Below are positions 13,330 through 27,734 of a stretch of DNA of 64,000 bases, one piece after another (position 1 is the stretch's first letter; each line of letters starts with the position of its first letter). Position numbers and translations under genes: made by a program. The stretch spans positions 62,001 through 126,000 of the forward strand of contig JAQGDQ010000619.1 in NCBI GenBank assembly GCA_030141605.1. The letters run 5' to 3'. Below the pieces are notes generated by a model. It was not told the DNA's origin. It did not search any database and saw nothing but the letters and a program-made list of their open reading frames with translations. The DNA comes from Tubiluchus corallicola. Its lineage: Eukaryota > Animalia > Priapulida.

Positions 13330-13848
13330 AGAGTGACAACTTGTGACGCAGTGACATCACTGTGACAACTTGTGACACAGTGACATCACATTGACAACTT
13401 GTGACACAGTGACATCACAGTGACAACTTGTGACACAGTGACATCACAGTGACAACTTGTGACGCAGTGACATCACAGTGACAACTTGTGACACAGTGAC
13501 ATCACAGTGACAACTTGTGATACAGTGACATCACAGTGACAACTTGTGACACAGTGACATCACAGTGAGAACTTGTGACACAGTTACATCACAGTGACAA
13601 CTTGTGGCATAGTGACATCACAGTGAAAACTTGTAATACAGTGACGTCACAGTGACAACTTGTGACACAGTGACATCACAGTGACATCATTCAAATCAAT
13701 CGACTGTCAATATTAACTTCTGAGACTTATAAGAGAGAAACAAATCTCCTCTTGTGACACAGTGTGACAACTTGTGATGCAGTGACATCACAGTGACCAC
13801 TTCTGACACAGTGACATCACAGTGACAGCTTGTGACATAGTGACATCA
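13330..13848. repeat. 29-bp minisatellite (acagtgacaacttgtgacacagtgacatc)
   Basis: Seen directly; interrupted by a duplicated ~70-bp segment (tcaaatcaatcgactgtc...). Confidence 0.93.
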
Positions 13849-14659
13849 TTCAAATCAATCGACTGTCAATATTTACTTCGTTCTGAGACCTATAAGAGAG
13901 AAACAAATCTCCTCCCTCCTCCCACGTCCGCCACCGGGATTTAGAGATATTTTCTATAAATTGAAACGAGAATTTTGAATTGTGAGATACTGATTTTCTA
14001 GTACGTAGACATTTTTAATTTTGATAGCGCTTCAAAAATCGCATGTCACGTGATTTTTTTTGTTTACTAACGAAGAACTGCAATTCTTTGGAAAACTGAA
14101 AATCTAAACAGGGTGTTACCTAATCAAGTTGGTGGGGCTTTCCTGGGTACCGGGCACCTATAGTTTTTTCTCGATAGACATTCTGAAGGCCTTTCTTAAA
14201 AGCAAATGCGTGTATTTTTCTGATCACCCAGTATTAAGTTCACCTGACACTTGCTCTTGTATTTTATCGCTCTCATTACCAGCAGTTCACACTGTGAAAT
14301 CGCTTCCCTCTATCACAGCTGAATACCTTGGCTATAGATTTTCTACTTTTTCTCGCTTCACTGACGTGATTAACCCTCTCACCCTTGAACTCTAATTACG
14401 TCATTTACCGCTATTTACTGACGGTGTGCAACAGCCTTTTGTGAGCAGCGGTTTCCACGAAAACTCATTTATAAACGTGTCTTAGTAAGACAAGTTAACG
14501 GTTTTCTTGTAGCTTTTAAACGGCTTTTAATTTTGTAAGAATCGTAGATGCTTAAAATGAATCACGTCTTTTACTTTCGCTTGCTAGTTTATCATTTGCT
14601 GTTTGACTTTAGGACTTTACTAAATCAGAAACAACTGTTAATGATGTACGAACCCACAA

Positions 14660-15125
14660 TTAACCCTTTCATACCCGTTGTATCCCGTGGGATACGAGAA
14701 TATTTTCTGCCTTTAAAATTAATAAAATTTTAAAAGTGACAGTTATTTGATCTGTTAATAGTTATTTTGCTTTAAGCCAATAACAATAGACTAAAATGGT
14801 GATAAAATGGCAAACTAGAAAATCTACATAGCATAAAAAACTGTGCAAGGTACAGTACTTTAGAGACGACTTTGTACAGATCAGCATAGCATGCATACTA
14901 AATGTCTTAAATACTTTAAAAGATTATCAACAGTTGCAAAATGAAGCACATTTTATGCTTCTATTGAATGTCAATGTATCCCGTGGGATACAGGCTATAT
15001 TTAGCACACCGGCACAGGTTAGAAAAAAAGTTTTTATGTGTAAACAAGATGGACATACTGAACAAAAGTACCAAGCCAAAACATTTTTTCTTATTAAAAA
15101 AATAATTTGGGACTGAAAGGGTTAA
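14660..15125. mobile_element. piggyBac-type MITE
   Basis: TTAA-CCCTTTCA at 14660 and TGAAAGGG-TTAA ending at 15125; two internal copies of the near-palindrome tgtatcccgtgggatac. Confidence 0.8.
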
Positions 15126-15157
15126 TTAAATTTGGATTGCTTTAATTAATTAGTTGC

Positions 15158-15230
15158 AACATAGACTAGAATTGAACCAGAGACCTTCTGTTTACAAAGC
15201 AGACGCCTTAGACCACTAGATCACCATATT
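15158..15230 (-). pseudogene. tRNA-Thr(UGU)-like pseudogene or SINE head
   Basis: Minus strand aatatgg-tgatctagtggtctaaggcg-tctgctttgtaaacaga-aggtc-tctggttcaattctagt-ctatgtt. A and B boxes present, but the anticodon and T stems are mismatched. Confidence 0.55.
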
Positions 15231-15579
15231 CCCCTGTGACCAAGGCAATCAAAAGTTCACCCAATGACCACTTGATCGAGCCGTTTCCTCTTGTAAGCAA
15301 AATGTCCCTAATTCACATCCCTGAATCTCAACTTGATCTGTTTTGTCATTTTGGTATCTATATTTAGTTATGAGTTTATACTATTATTAATTCAAATTTT
15401 GACAGTAGATTATAATAATTAAGAAAGAGTGTAATATACCAACAGTTCAACATCTTTTTGCACATCATATAAAACGGTTAAGAGTTTTATCAATTTCATC
15501 CCAAATTCAAGTGAAGCATCCCAGTATGAAACTATCACCTAATAGGGTGGAATTAAAACTACCCGGGTTCACTTTATGT

Positions 15580-16125
15580 GTTGATAGTTTGACAAAGCGA
15601 GTTGAGAAAAACTTTGTTTGTTGACAGTTTGACAAAGCGAATTGAGAAAAACTTAATTTGTTGAGAGTTTGACAAAGCGAGTTGAGAAAAACTTAATATG
15701 TTGACAGTTTGACAAAGCGAGTGTGAAAAACTGAATTTGTTGACAGTTTGACAAAGCGAGTAGAGAAAAACTAAAGTTTGACAGTTTGACAAAGCGAGAT
15801 GAGAAAAACTCAACTTTGACAGTTTCACAAAGCGAGTTGAGAAAAACTAAACTTTGACAGTTTGACAAAGCGAGTGTGAAAAACTGAATTTGTTGACAGT
15901 TTGACAAAGCGAGTTGAGAAAAACTTAATTTGTTGACAGTTTGAGAAAGCGAGTTGAGAAAAACTAAACTTTGACAATTTGACAAAGCGAGTTGAGAAAA
16001 ACTAAACTTTGACAATTTGACAAAGCGAGTTGAGAAAAACTAAACTTTGACAATTTGACAAAGCGAGTTGAGAAAAACTAAACTTTGACAGTTTCACAAA
16101 GCGAGTTGAGCAAAACTAAACTTTA
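15580..16125. repeat. About 39-43-bp minisatellite (ttgacagtttgacaaagcgagttgagaaaaactaaact)
   Basis: Seen directly. Confidence 0.93.
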
Positions 16126-16429
16126 ACATCACAGGTGTAGTGAGTCACCTTGACTATTATAGAATTTGGAGTCTGCATTAAATCTTTCCTATTTGATTCA
16201 CAACAATAACATTTCCGCTCATCATCCAATTAAAGAGAAGTTTTACACCATTCTCCGGCAATCATTGTCTCCCCTTCTGTTAAAACCCGAACCACGAACG
16301 TTTTGATTACCCAGAAAAAGCTCTAGTGTAAATGTATTTGATACAGTTCACTGGGTGGACATTTTGTTTCTTCTGACTCAAAATATTCGTGTAAAAATTG
16401 CAGACAAATGTTGAGCTAAGAGCTAAGAG

Positions 16430-16790
16430 ATCCATTCTGTTCAGTTTCTCCTCTATTGAGTTTTTTATTTCATCTATTTCTTCTTTGTTTCTTGTAATCC
16501 ATGCCACATCATCAGCATGCTGCATAGATGTAGTAGTTGACTTACTTTGTAGAGAGCTGTAACTGTGTTCTTGTCTTACTTCATTCGGTATTAATTCAGA
16601 ATCAGTAGTTGTGATCTTCTACGTCTTTCAATGGTATAACTTTGTCATCAGTGAGAGCTATGGCAAGATATAAAGTGGACAGTACAGGGCTTAGGCGTTC
16701 ACCCTGAGGTACTCCTTTGTCTGTAGAAAACGGCTTACTCAATTTCCCTTCACACCTGACTTGAATTAATAAATTTTCTAACATTATATT
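16430..16790 (-). mobile_element. Degenerate reverse transcriptase fragment (RTE-like LINE)
   Basis: KGVPQGERLSPVL and QHADDVAW (a YADD-like motif) in broken frames. Confidence 0.8.
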
Positions 16791-17746
16791 AGAAATGTTA
16801 TAAATGTCTGGAAATCGTGTGGGTCCTTCATCTGAGTGTTAAACACCCATGTTGCAGTGTGCCAACGTGTTTTTAATTTTGCAAAGATTGTGAAACAATT
16901 CTTTGCGCGATGGCCCGGCGGAGCAGTGATTACACCGACCCATGTCGTTAGCCCAATTACACGTTCCGTAATCTTTAAATTGAAAACTTTCTCAGGATAA
17001 TGGGAGGAAAGATTGTGTTGTGTGTGTTTTAGGCAACATCGCCGTACGTCCGCGTGACAAGCTTAATTTGAGAGCTTATCGTCTCAACCTTTTCTTCTGG
17101 TAAAGTACTTTGAACTCTCTAAACTTGGGTGGCGCTGGTGCAGAAACAATGCAGAGGATGGGAAGGAAAACAACAGCGAGCTAAAACAAGAGTTGCTTAA
17201 CTTGCCCTCGCTCTTTGAAATAAGCTTCTCAATGAACTTCATCCTATAACCGCCAGGGGTCAACGCACGCCTGACTAGAAAAAACATGGCGAACAAAAGA
17301 TGGAATGCTGCGCTTGGTTATGTCTGCAGATTTACTGATATGGGAGTGATACTGAGGGAGATTTATATCTTCTGTACACACGTTTGATTGACAAGGGGAA
17401 CATCTTCAGATTCCCGTTTGAATGGACACCTTTCAGGGATAACTCCTTCATGATCCTGTTTTCACTAATTCCTTCTTCTTGCTATAGAATTTCACGGCGT
17501 CGAAAAATAAGTCAGAGATAATTATGAAAACCTGATAATATGATTACTGTTATAAATACATAACGAAATAACATGAATTGTTGTATGAGTGAGTGAAAGC
17601 TTAAAGGAGTGAATGAATGAATGAATGAATGAACGAACGAACGAACGAACGAAGTTTCACCTACTAATGTTTGCAAAATGTGGCGGAACTTATTTGATGA
17701 ATGGAGATGTTTTTTCACTAAATCACCTATTTGTTATTAATGGCGT

Positions 17747-18063
17747 GATTGTTCAGTACCTGCTAAATCTTTTGCCTTAGTGAAAATTTTTAAGAGTATT
17801 TCATTTTTGCATACAAGGCCATTAATTTGCGATTAACATCTCATCCCTGCTAGCCACTGGTCACTGTTTGGGTTTAGCTCATTTCGTGTTTAGTAAAATG
17901 ACCTAAGATTGTTCAGTACCTGCTAAATCTTCTGTCTTAGTGAAAATTTTTGAGAGTATTTCATTTTTGCATACAAGGCCATTAATATGCGATTAACATC
18001 TCATCTCTGCTAGCCACTGGTCACTGTTTGGGTTTAGCTCATTTCGTGTTTAGTAAAATGACC
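17747..18063. repeat. 160-bp tandem duplication
   Basis: gattgttcagtacctgctaaatct...ttagtaaaatgacc at ~17747 and ~17907. Confidence 0.9.
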
Positions 18064-18419
18064 CATGATTACAAGCACAAAAGTATTTACTGACAAAGCA
18101 CTTGTTGTTTTGATGTTTCCTAGTGGTTTTCACTAATCTGAAAATGAAAATGCGCTTCATGCGACGATGATAATGACTGCAATGGTGTCTGCTCTTGAAT
18201 CGACTGGATTTTATGTAAACCTGTAAGCTTTCTACAGCCTTTTCCATTTAAATAGCTGCTGCCCCTGAACGAACGGTTAATTACATGTAATTACACGAAG
18301 TGTGAGATTAACACATTCCTGGCAATATTTTCCACTGAGGATTCCACGTTATTAGTGACAAATTAATGCTGTTAATGTTTGTTAATTGTACCAATCCGCG
18401 GAAAATTTTGTAAACTTAC

Positions 18420-20162
18420 CTTGTGAAATGGAACGGCTTTATCTGCCTTTAGAAGCTTCTGTAGTTGCAACTTGCTGCTCGGAATTGGCTCGTCCGAAGA
18501 GACTTCGAACACCGGAAGCACGTAGACCCTCTTCCGGGTAGATTTGCCCTGTAATCGATCAGTCATTTCAAAGAATTTGTCTGTAAGGTTTGGCGTCGGT
18601 TTCAATTCGATGTCAATCAGCAATACGCGCTGAGAACTGACGGCCAACCGGGCCGCATTCCGACCCACATTTACAGGATAGTTCCCGAATTTCTCCATGT
18701 TGGGACCTCCTTTGAGCGGGAAGGATATGTTCCGGCACGGTATTCTGTCAGAATTCGTCCTGTTAACGGTAAAAGGGGCGGCGTGATTAGGGTAGAATAG
18801 GGAGAATGTTACCTGTCGTGCCACAGACGTATGACACCGTCGTACCTGGTTAATGGTGTCAATGACAATATCATAACTATCACCTGGTGTGAACAAAGCT
18901 GCTGATATTGGCCCACTAAAACGATCTGTCAGATCTATCAAGTGATGGACGTACTCCCACGAACCCTGGGTTGCTATGGTGATAGTCCTGTTATAGGGAA
19001 ATTTGCCCGTCCTGTTTACAAAATGAATCACTTTTGAATAGTACATCGTTTTCTTCGTGGCATCTTCGTAGCACTTGGTCAGTATCGGCTCGAGAAACTT
19101 GACCGTTTGGACATTTTCTGGTGTGACAAAGTCTGTGACATTTGCAGTGACTGTTGCTTTCTCGCCACCAGATTTGAACTTCAGAACTTCTGCTGCAATT
19201 TCTTTCTTAGTTTTTGTTCCATTTACCACATACTTTCCCATCGATCCGTGCATCACGATGTTGCTGATGTTGCTGCCATAAGATTTCAGTTTGTCCACGT
19301 AGCTTTCTAGCGTTTCTTTCGGCATGTCTTCATCATTCTTTTTCAAACGTTGGGATATTTCAATATTTGGATCTTCTGTATAATCAAGACTTTTATCAAC
19401 CTTTTTATGTTCAACAACTGGTGGTCGGCTAGGCGGTGGACTCGATTTAATTGGTGACATTGAAGAGCTCTGTACAGATCTCTTTATCAGGTTGCTTTTC
19501 GTTGGTAATTCATCAGGTGTGTTGTTTGACGTTTTTGGTATGTCATCTTTGACAGCAATGTAGAGAACTGGCACTATTGGGTTTGACTTGGCTTCATTTT
19601 TTGATTTTTTGGTCACGGGGGAATCTGAGACAGCATAGACCGACACAGCTTCATTCTCGGCTGATTTGCGATCTTTTTCGCTGGACGAAATACCGCTTTT
19701 TTCAACAGTCCCTCCGCTAGGTTTCTCTTTAAACTCCGTCATTTCCTCTTCTTCATCGCCATTGCTGTTTGTTCCATTTGTCTGTAAACTAGGATTACCC
19801 GGATCGACAGCACCATCGTCAAAAGGTGCCCCAACTTGTCCAACTGATGCAGGTGTCCGGTTGCTCTTTGCTGCAGTTGTTGTGAGAGTTTTTGACTTTG
19901 ATGCTTGATAAAACCCGCTGACTTCATTAGACAGTATGATGTACTCGTTGTCTACCAGACTTCGTTGAACCTCGAGTTTGATTAAAACATTATTTGAAGA
20001 AGCTAGTTGATAATACGCAGTTGCCACTAGTAATAGAGACATGCACGTCATGACTATCAGTAGTTTGTTACGACGGCAGTTTCGTCCGATTATTGGAATC
20101 CTTGAGAACCACATGTTAACGGAACTAAACGTATCTTTACAGAAGTGCCAGAAATGTGACAT
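18420..20162 (-). CDS. First coding exon of a GT49 family beta-1,4-glucuronyltransferase 1 (B4GAT1/B3GNT1)-like type II membrane glycosyltransferase
   Basis: N-terminal TM anchor (LLIVMTCMSLLLVATAYY), long S/T/P/K-rich stem, then ITIATQG, GPISAALF, YPVNVGRNAAR, DIEL and VYVLPVFEV motifs. GTAAGT donor after FHK at 18419. Confidence 0.88.
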
Positions 20163-22489
20163 AAGTTATACAGAATATCTCACCGAGGACAGATCTAACG
20201 CCTTCCGAGGCATCAGCTGATACTTTCCATCTAAGTTCTTTTTCTCATGTTTGCCATCTATATCATTTTTTCACAGTTTCTGCTTCCAGAAGAAGTTCCA
20301 CGTTTTCACCGCTCACGTGTGACTCCTTGAGAGTAACTCGCTCAAGTTTTTGCTCAATGACAGCGACCAGTTTCAGATGGGTAGCAATGTATGTCAGTGG
20401 CCATAGCACTTTCACTATCACACGCACAACTTTCACTGACAGCAGCCGAACACAGAATGCATAGTAGTCGCCGTCACGGTTTGATCATCACAATCAGTGA
20501 ACCTGGTGAAACGCTCAAGGCTCCACTAATGTGACAAGCCTCAAACTTTTGGAATAGATAGTTCACTCATCCGTGCGTTTCATGGCATACACAAGCTCTG
20601 CCCTCCAGGATAATATTCAGGCTGGCGTGTAGAGTAGACATGCAAACCTAGGAGGGAGAACTTGGATTGTTTACCTGCGAATAGTGAAGTTTCTTAGTCA
20701 TAAGTCATTTATTTCACCTTACACATTTACAATAGTTTCATGTACAATATCTAGTGAAAGGGCCTACAATGGATATAATACAAATAAGAAATACTGCACA
20801 GGAAAAGCCTCAAACACTGTTCACTTATATACGAAGGTAAATGTGTTGCGGGCAATCAAAAAGTAGGGCTTGTTAGATTGTCCCACACAGTGATAGAAAA
20901 AAAAGTAATGGAGATAATCTGAAATTTTATTAAAGTGAATCGTGATAAAAAACATTAGTGCTTAAAATGGAATGATGTAATGAATGAAGCTCATATATGG
21001 GATGATATAAAAGATAGAAAGACTATTATTTGTTAATAGTATGTAAATAGTTCTTGTTTTGATTAATTTGATTTAAGTCTTTATTGCAAACTCTAGGTCC
21101 ACATATACAAAAACGAAAGATACATACAACATTTATAAATACTTACAATCATGACTTAGTTAGTGACACACAAAGTAAATGAATGAATAAACTATAAAAA
21201 GTGCATCGGCAAGGTATTACCGAAAACAATAAAGAAGTTCTATCCATTTCTTTCTATTGGAGGAAGTAAAAATGCATCACATTCACTTAAGTGCTCACAA
21301 ATATCATTCTCACTAATAACAAAGACTACGTACACACTTTTTATTGATAACATCGAAGAATCTAATATTGACATTTATAATGTCTTATACGTCCGCTTTT
21401 ACTTAACGTAACAGCCAAGTAAAAATAATATTTCAAAAGTATTGAAAGTAACACAGTTTCATAATGGTAATCACCTGCATTCTTTTTCCACAGTAATCTT
21501 AATAAAACGTGACTATGCTCAACAGGTTACTGAACACTTTATAATCATGATCACAGTTTTTCTTAGTTCTCGCTCCATTTCATCTTTCATTCACTACTCC
21601 CCCCCCACTTTTATGCTTATATTATTATTATTTCAATTATTAATCACTTCTTTAAGATTTCCACGTACAGTTTGGCCTGTCAAGCTATGCTTTTAGGCTC
21701 AAACTGTGTTTCAAAATTACTCTGTAATGTAATTTGCACATGTATATGCTGCGTAAGAATCTCTTTTGTAAATCTTACAAACCTTCAACGTTCCCAAGTC
21801 GTGACTCCCTACAGGCTCTTGTGTCCTGTTGAGTGCATTCTCATCCTGCTCATTTGTATTCTGGACATCAATTAAGCAGTTCCTATTGTCCCCCACAGCC
21901 ACGTCTTACAGCAGGTAGCTAAACAGGGTTAATTATAAGTACCGAGATGTACAAGCAAGTAGACGATATAATTGCATAGGAACTGGTTCCGTGAATGGGA
22001 GCCATACGTGTTCATCATGCTTTTATGTAACTAGTATTCTTTGTCGCTTAGTCGAGAGAGACAGAACCTCCGTAACTGAAGCGCCCCATCCTCGGCAGAG
22101 AGACGGATAGATGAAAAGACACATTCCCGTATAAGATTATTGGTCAAGGTCCTCGCATTCGAGGTCGGTAGGGGCATTATCCGATGTTGACCAGTGGTCA
22201 ATGCAGCTTGGCGATTAACGGTGGGCGGGAAGAACGGGTTAAAGAAAATATTCGTCAATGACAACTTTGGATTAAGCTGCCCTGCTGGTGTTTTTCATGG
22301 ATTTCGTGAATGACCACTGTGATGTTTTCAATGCCACTGGTCATTGGTCATTACTTTAGTATTTCAAGGATCACAATGCTAACCGTGCAGTCAACGTTGA
22401 AGTTAATGTTTAGAATAACTGATCTGAAATTTATCGTTCAATTTCATTTTTTCCGTTATCCTACCGGATGTTATTCGTCTTGAAAATTC

Positions 22490-22640
22490 AATTCAATTTC
22501 AATTCAAATTCAATTTATTTATCTCTTTATAGTGTAAATGAATCTCTAATAAATTTTGAAAAATAGTTAAATATATAGATCTAGAACTAGAGAAAGGTTA
22601 GCGAAAAGACTATAAAGTCACCTAGTCTGCTATCCTTTAC
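22490..22640 (-). mobile_element. LINE 3' end with stem-loop and (TTGAA)-like tail
   Basis: caattcaatttcaattcaaattcaa-tttattt followed by an aaaggttagc...gctatccttt hairpin. Confidence 0.5.
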
Positions 22641-23544
22641 CGAATATAGATAAAATGATTTTTAGACACTGGTGGGCATTAATGTTATCAGTTTAATTTA
22701 GGAAACATTAATAATTTTTAAATTATGACATTTGCTATATAATCCAGAGAAAAGAATATACATGTAATTTATTTAGCGGGCAACAAAATAAGGTCAATCT
22801 TGATTAAACTAAAAATTGCATTTAGATTTTATGTGAAATTCAGGTCAAAATTGTTATGAAATGATAAAAACACTTTGGGTTAATAATGCTATTAATCAGT
22901 GATAATAAACGATAAACTCAGTCGTGTTGTGGACAAATGATTACAGGTATTAATAAATGCGCATTAGAATTGGAAATGATCAGAATAGAACCATGATCCC
23001 CGTGTCTCCTGCAGTCCTTGTTTTGTTGCAGATCATCTCAAACCGATCTTGCTCATGAGAAACGCAGGGGAGGGGGAGCGTTTGCTTTCCTCTTTTGTTC
23101 AAAACAGTGTGTAGAACTACGTCTGTATTTACATTTACCAGTCTCATCAGTACCAGCAATACAGCCAGTGGCTCGCGTCTTCAAGCAAAACTTCAAACAC
23201 AACCTCTTTTGAGATGCTTGATTAAATTCTGTTTTCTGAGACTTCAATAACAAATTCATCAGTTATGACATTAAGTATATATTTCAGTGAACACAAGAAA
23301 GACAACTATCAAAAAAGACAACTATCTTAAAAATTAGATACATGATGTATTATAATGTGTTACATTTACGTCTTCAAGAAGGTAGAAAATGTTGAAATGC
23401 AGAAAAACGCAACACAAAGAAAAGACAACTATACTCTAGACTTCTCTTGAATTTTTTTTACGAAAATTAGATCAAAAAATTCTTGTATCGTGGTTTTGAA
23501 CAAGCAAGATTTCCTGATTCAAGATGTGTTTAATAAAAAAAGCC

Positions 23545-23984
<440 letters not shown>

Positions 23985-24644
23985 TTCAAATGTTAATAAA
24001 ATGCGCAATGTGTTTCATACGTAGAACGTGGTATGTATGAAGCGTCATAACATCATACCACCTACAATTTTCCTCGCTCGAAACATTCTGAAAACGTTTT
24101 ATGCATGTTTTGTGTGGTACAATGTTAAACGATTCAAAGCTACATTAGCTACATATTTTTACTTCATTCTGGGCTATTACGCGTATTGTAACAAGTGCAA
24201 AACTTTGTATTTTTTTTCGCAAAATTGATGTCAGGCTTGTCGTTTTTTCGCTTCACCAGGCGCCTGTAATCCATAAAAGTGTAAATCGGTCAAATATCGC
24301 GGTACGTGTGATTTCTGTAACTAACTTCGTAGCAGCATAACATTTAATTAAGCTTAACTCTTTCGTGTTATTTGTGGGTCTCTTAATTTCAATATTTGCT
24401 GACACAATAAATTATGAGATAAAGCATTCTTTTGACAGTAATTGCTAAATTTCACAAGTACAGTAGATGCGTGTTAAAACGTTTTAAAAAAAATTATTTC
24501 TAACTAACTGCAAATTGTACATGGTGAGAATTCTCCTCCTTATTGTATGGCGTCTGAAATGTACTTAGATGCTGTACGAAGAATTGGATCTAAAATCTCT
24601 ATCCTCACGAGCTAAGCAAACCTGTAATGGTAGCGAATTCCATT

Positions 24645-26790
24645 ATCTTTATTTGCCATTAAAATACATTGACAATCAGTGAATAAAAACTTTACAGAGA
24701 TGATCAATCAGTGTTAGTTAATAAAAACTTACACTGCTAAAGGCAAATGCGTCAGTGCAATCTAAACTATTGTGCCTGTAATGGAAAGTAACGACGAATA
24801 AAATCAAACATATTTACAACTATTCACAATTTTTTTTAAAAATTATGATTAACGTAGTATGGCCGTGGATATATAAATTCTGAATTAGTGTATGTGTTGT
24901 CGTACTGGTGTGATGGTATTTCATATCTGGTTAATATTAATGATTTTAATTTTGTTTTTGAATGCTGATAGGGACTTGATTTGTTTATTCTGTAATGGTA
25001 GAAAATTCCAAAGTAGAATTCCAAGGTAGAATTCCAAAGTAGAATTAGAAAGTAAAATTCCAAAGTACATGTAAAATACAATAATAATATAAATATAAGA
25101 TTAATTATCACAACTAACAATGTGTTTAGTACAGTGGCTAGATGAATACGTCGACTAAAACATTAAATAAGATCAACGTACATTAGTAACTTGCAAAAAT
25201 AATTTTTACATACTTTCTAGCTACATGTTAACTACACTAGCATGTTGTAAGTTTCGTTTGCATAAACTACACAAGCAGAACGTATATTTCACGCTTTTTC
25301 TTGATTTTAATTGTGACTAGTTGTTTTCCAGATGTGAGAAGTGACTGTGTTTCAAATAAAGTCAACGATGTCTAGAAATCAAAATTCAAAAATTTTCCAA
25401 TAATTTTTGGGCAATAATGTCAAAGACGCTAAGCGAGAAAAACATGCGTGTTAATGTGAACATTATATACCTAATATGGTTGTAATGAACTTCATGAATA
25501 TGAAAAGCAAGTGTTCGCGTTGAGCAAAGCAAGCGTACTCCCTTTCTGCCCTTGGTTCTCCATGCTGTAATTTTGTTAAATTGGGGCGCCGAGGCTCATA
25601 ATTGAAACAATTAAAATGCCATTGCTATGACACATTCACTGAAATACCTTCCCTTTCATTTTAATGCTCTTTCATCGAATAATTGAGGGATCTAAGTAAA
25701 CGAGTCAGCTGCTGTCAGAATTCGACCGTTGCAGGTGTTTTGTCACTTAAACACGTTTTATAATAAATGTGGGTCTTTATGAGTTGAGTAAGTTGAAAAT
25801 GAGTAAGGACGGTTAGTGTTGAAGGTGACGCTGATTAGGTCCATTATGTCAACTGTTCATAATGCTTTATTGATCATTAGCTCGAGTAAGAAACTTTATT
25901 TTTTAATGGGTTACAAAGTAAGGTGACCTCGCAAAATGTAGGTATATAGAAGTTACAATGGTCACAGTTATTCATATATATTCATATTCATATTCACACC
26001 ATGTTAGGTATATAATGTTCACGTTACAAGCATGTTTTTCTCGCTTAGTGTCTTTGACATTATTGCCCAAATATTATTGGAAAATTTTTGAATTTTGATT
26101 TCTAGACGTCGTTGACTTAATTGAAACACAGTCACTTTAACATCTGGAAAACAACTAGTCACAATTAAAATCAAGAAAAAGCGTGAAATGTACGTTCTGC
26201 TTGTGTAGTTTATGCAAACGAAACTTACAACATGCTAGTGTAGTTAACATGTAGCTAGAAAGTATGTAAAAATTATTTTTGCTACTTACTAATGTACGTT
26301 GATCTTATTTAATGTTTTAATCGATGTATTCATCTAGCCAGTGTACTAAATACATTGTTAGTTGTGATAATTTATGCTATATTTATATTATTATTGTATT
26401 TTACATGTACTTTGGAATTCTACTTTGGAATTCTCCACCATTGCAGGTTAAACAAATCAAGTCCCTATCAGCATTTAAAACAAAATTAAAATCACTAATA
26501 TCAACCAGATATGAAATACCATCACACCAGTACGACAACATACACACTAATTCAGAATTTATATATCCACGGCCATATTAATTAAATCATAGTTTTTTCA
26601 TTTTTTAGTGCATAGTTGTAAATACGTTTGATTTTATTCGTCGTTACTTTCCATTACTGCACAGTAGTTTAGATTGCACTGACGCATTTGCCTTTAGCAG
26701 TGTAAGTTTTTATTAACTAACACTGATTGATCATCTCTGTAAAGTTTTTATCAGTGATTATCAATGTATTTTAATGGCAAATAAAGATTA
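24645..26790. repeat. Long inverted repeat: arms ~24645-25481 and ~25997-26790, spacer ~0.5 kb
   Basis: For example cactgctaaaggcaaatgcgtcagtgcaatctaaact versus agtttagattgcactgacgcatttgcctttagcagtg. Mirrored ORFs 24836-25120(-) and 26324-26581(+) both contain RYEIPSHQYDN. Confidence 0.92.
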
Positions 26791-27734
26791 TTAAAACCTA
26801 AAGACTATTAAGACTATTATAAGACTATTATTACAATTATATATATTTGTATATAACCTTTACAAACTCAAACTCGAGTTGAAAGCAAACAGACAAATAC
26901 TTCGGCAGATATTCGCATGAATAAAGTGCGTTTACTTAACATTGTGTTTAGTTAAACCTATTTTTCTTCATGAATACGAATGTCTACATATTAAGTTCAA
27001 CACACCAAGTAACACTGATGTTACTCCCAAGTGCAAAACAAAGTTTTCCCATCGTTATTGTGATAATTATACCCAGAAAACCACAAGACTTTTACGCGAA
27101 ATTTAACTCGGTTCGCTTACACATTGTTCTGTGAATTCTCGATTTCTGACTATATTTTAATTATAAGATTTTCTTCGAACCTGTTCTGCAGTTCGACACT
27201 CATAGATAAAATCTCTATAATCTATGTTTAAAACCCTATTTATAAATGTATCAGCATCTGATATCTTATTTTAATTCTTCTATGTGTGAATTGTAATAAG
27301 AGTATTATGATGTGTGATTATGCGCTTATCTGGGTTTAATTTAGGGACTTGCAGTAAAGAAATGTTCTCAGAGTTTGATGACCGTTATGACCCTTTCCCT
27401 TAGCGTTATCCCCATTGCAAACTTTAATTTGTTTGGCTGGAATTAATTCTTTTGGTGACTATAGTCATGAAAGTCCTTTTAATGGTCTCGTATCTTTTGA
27501 AGACGTCTGATACTTCCTGAACGCTATTGTTTGCGCTTGGACATTCTCAAGATCTTGTGCCGTGATAAGATCTGTTTCTTACAGAGATCAGTCATTACCT
27601 GTTGCTTTGAGGTCAGATGGGATATTTGAAAGCTCTGTGAGAGGTTGGACGCAACGCGTATCTCACCACGTGCAAACCTATCTTACATTGTTTCATCTTC
27701 ATGAGAACTTTAAAAAAAACGGTTATCACCGTAT

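Noticed and set aside
15158-15230. Functional tRNA-Thr gene
   Set aside because: Mismatched anticodon and T stems and a GU-rich acceptor stem; better explained as a pseudogene or SINE head.
17033-17250. Possible plus-strand exon after a ttttag acceptor (similar candidate at ~23032)
   Set aside because: Translations show no ABCA or other recognisable similarity and stop early.
18372-18419. C-terminal VSLQNFPRIGTINKH of the 596-aa ORF as the true protein end
   Set aside because: Read-through past a canonical GTAAGT donor; the GT49 domain continues in the exon at 6296-6170.
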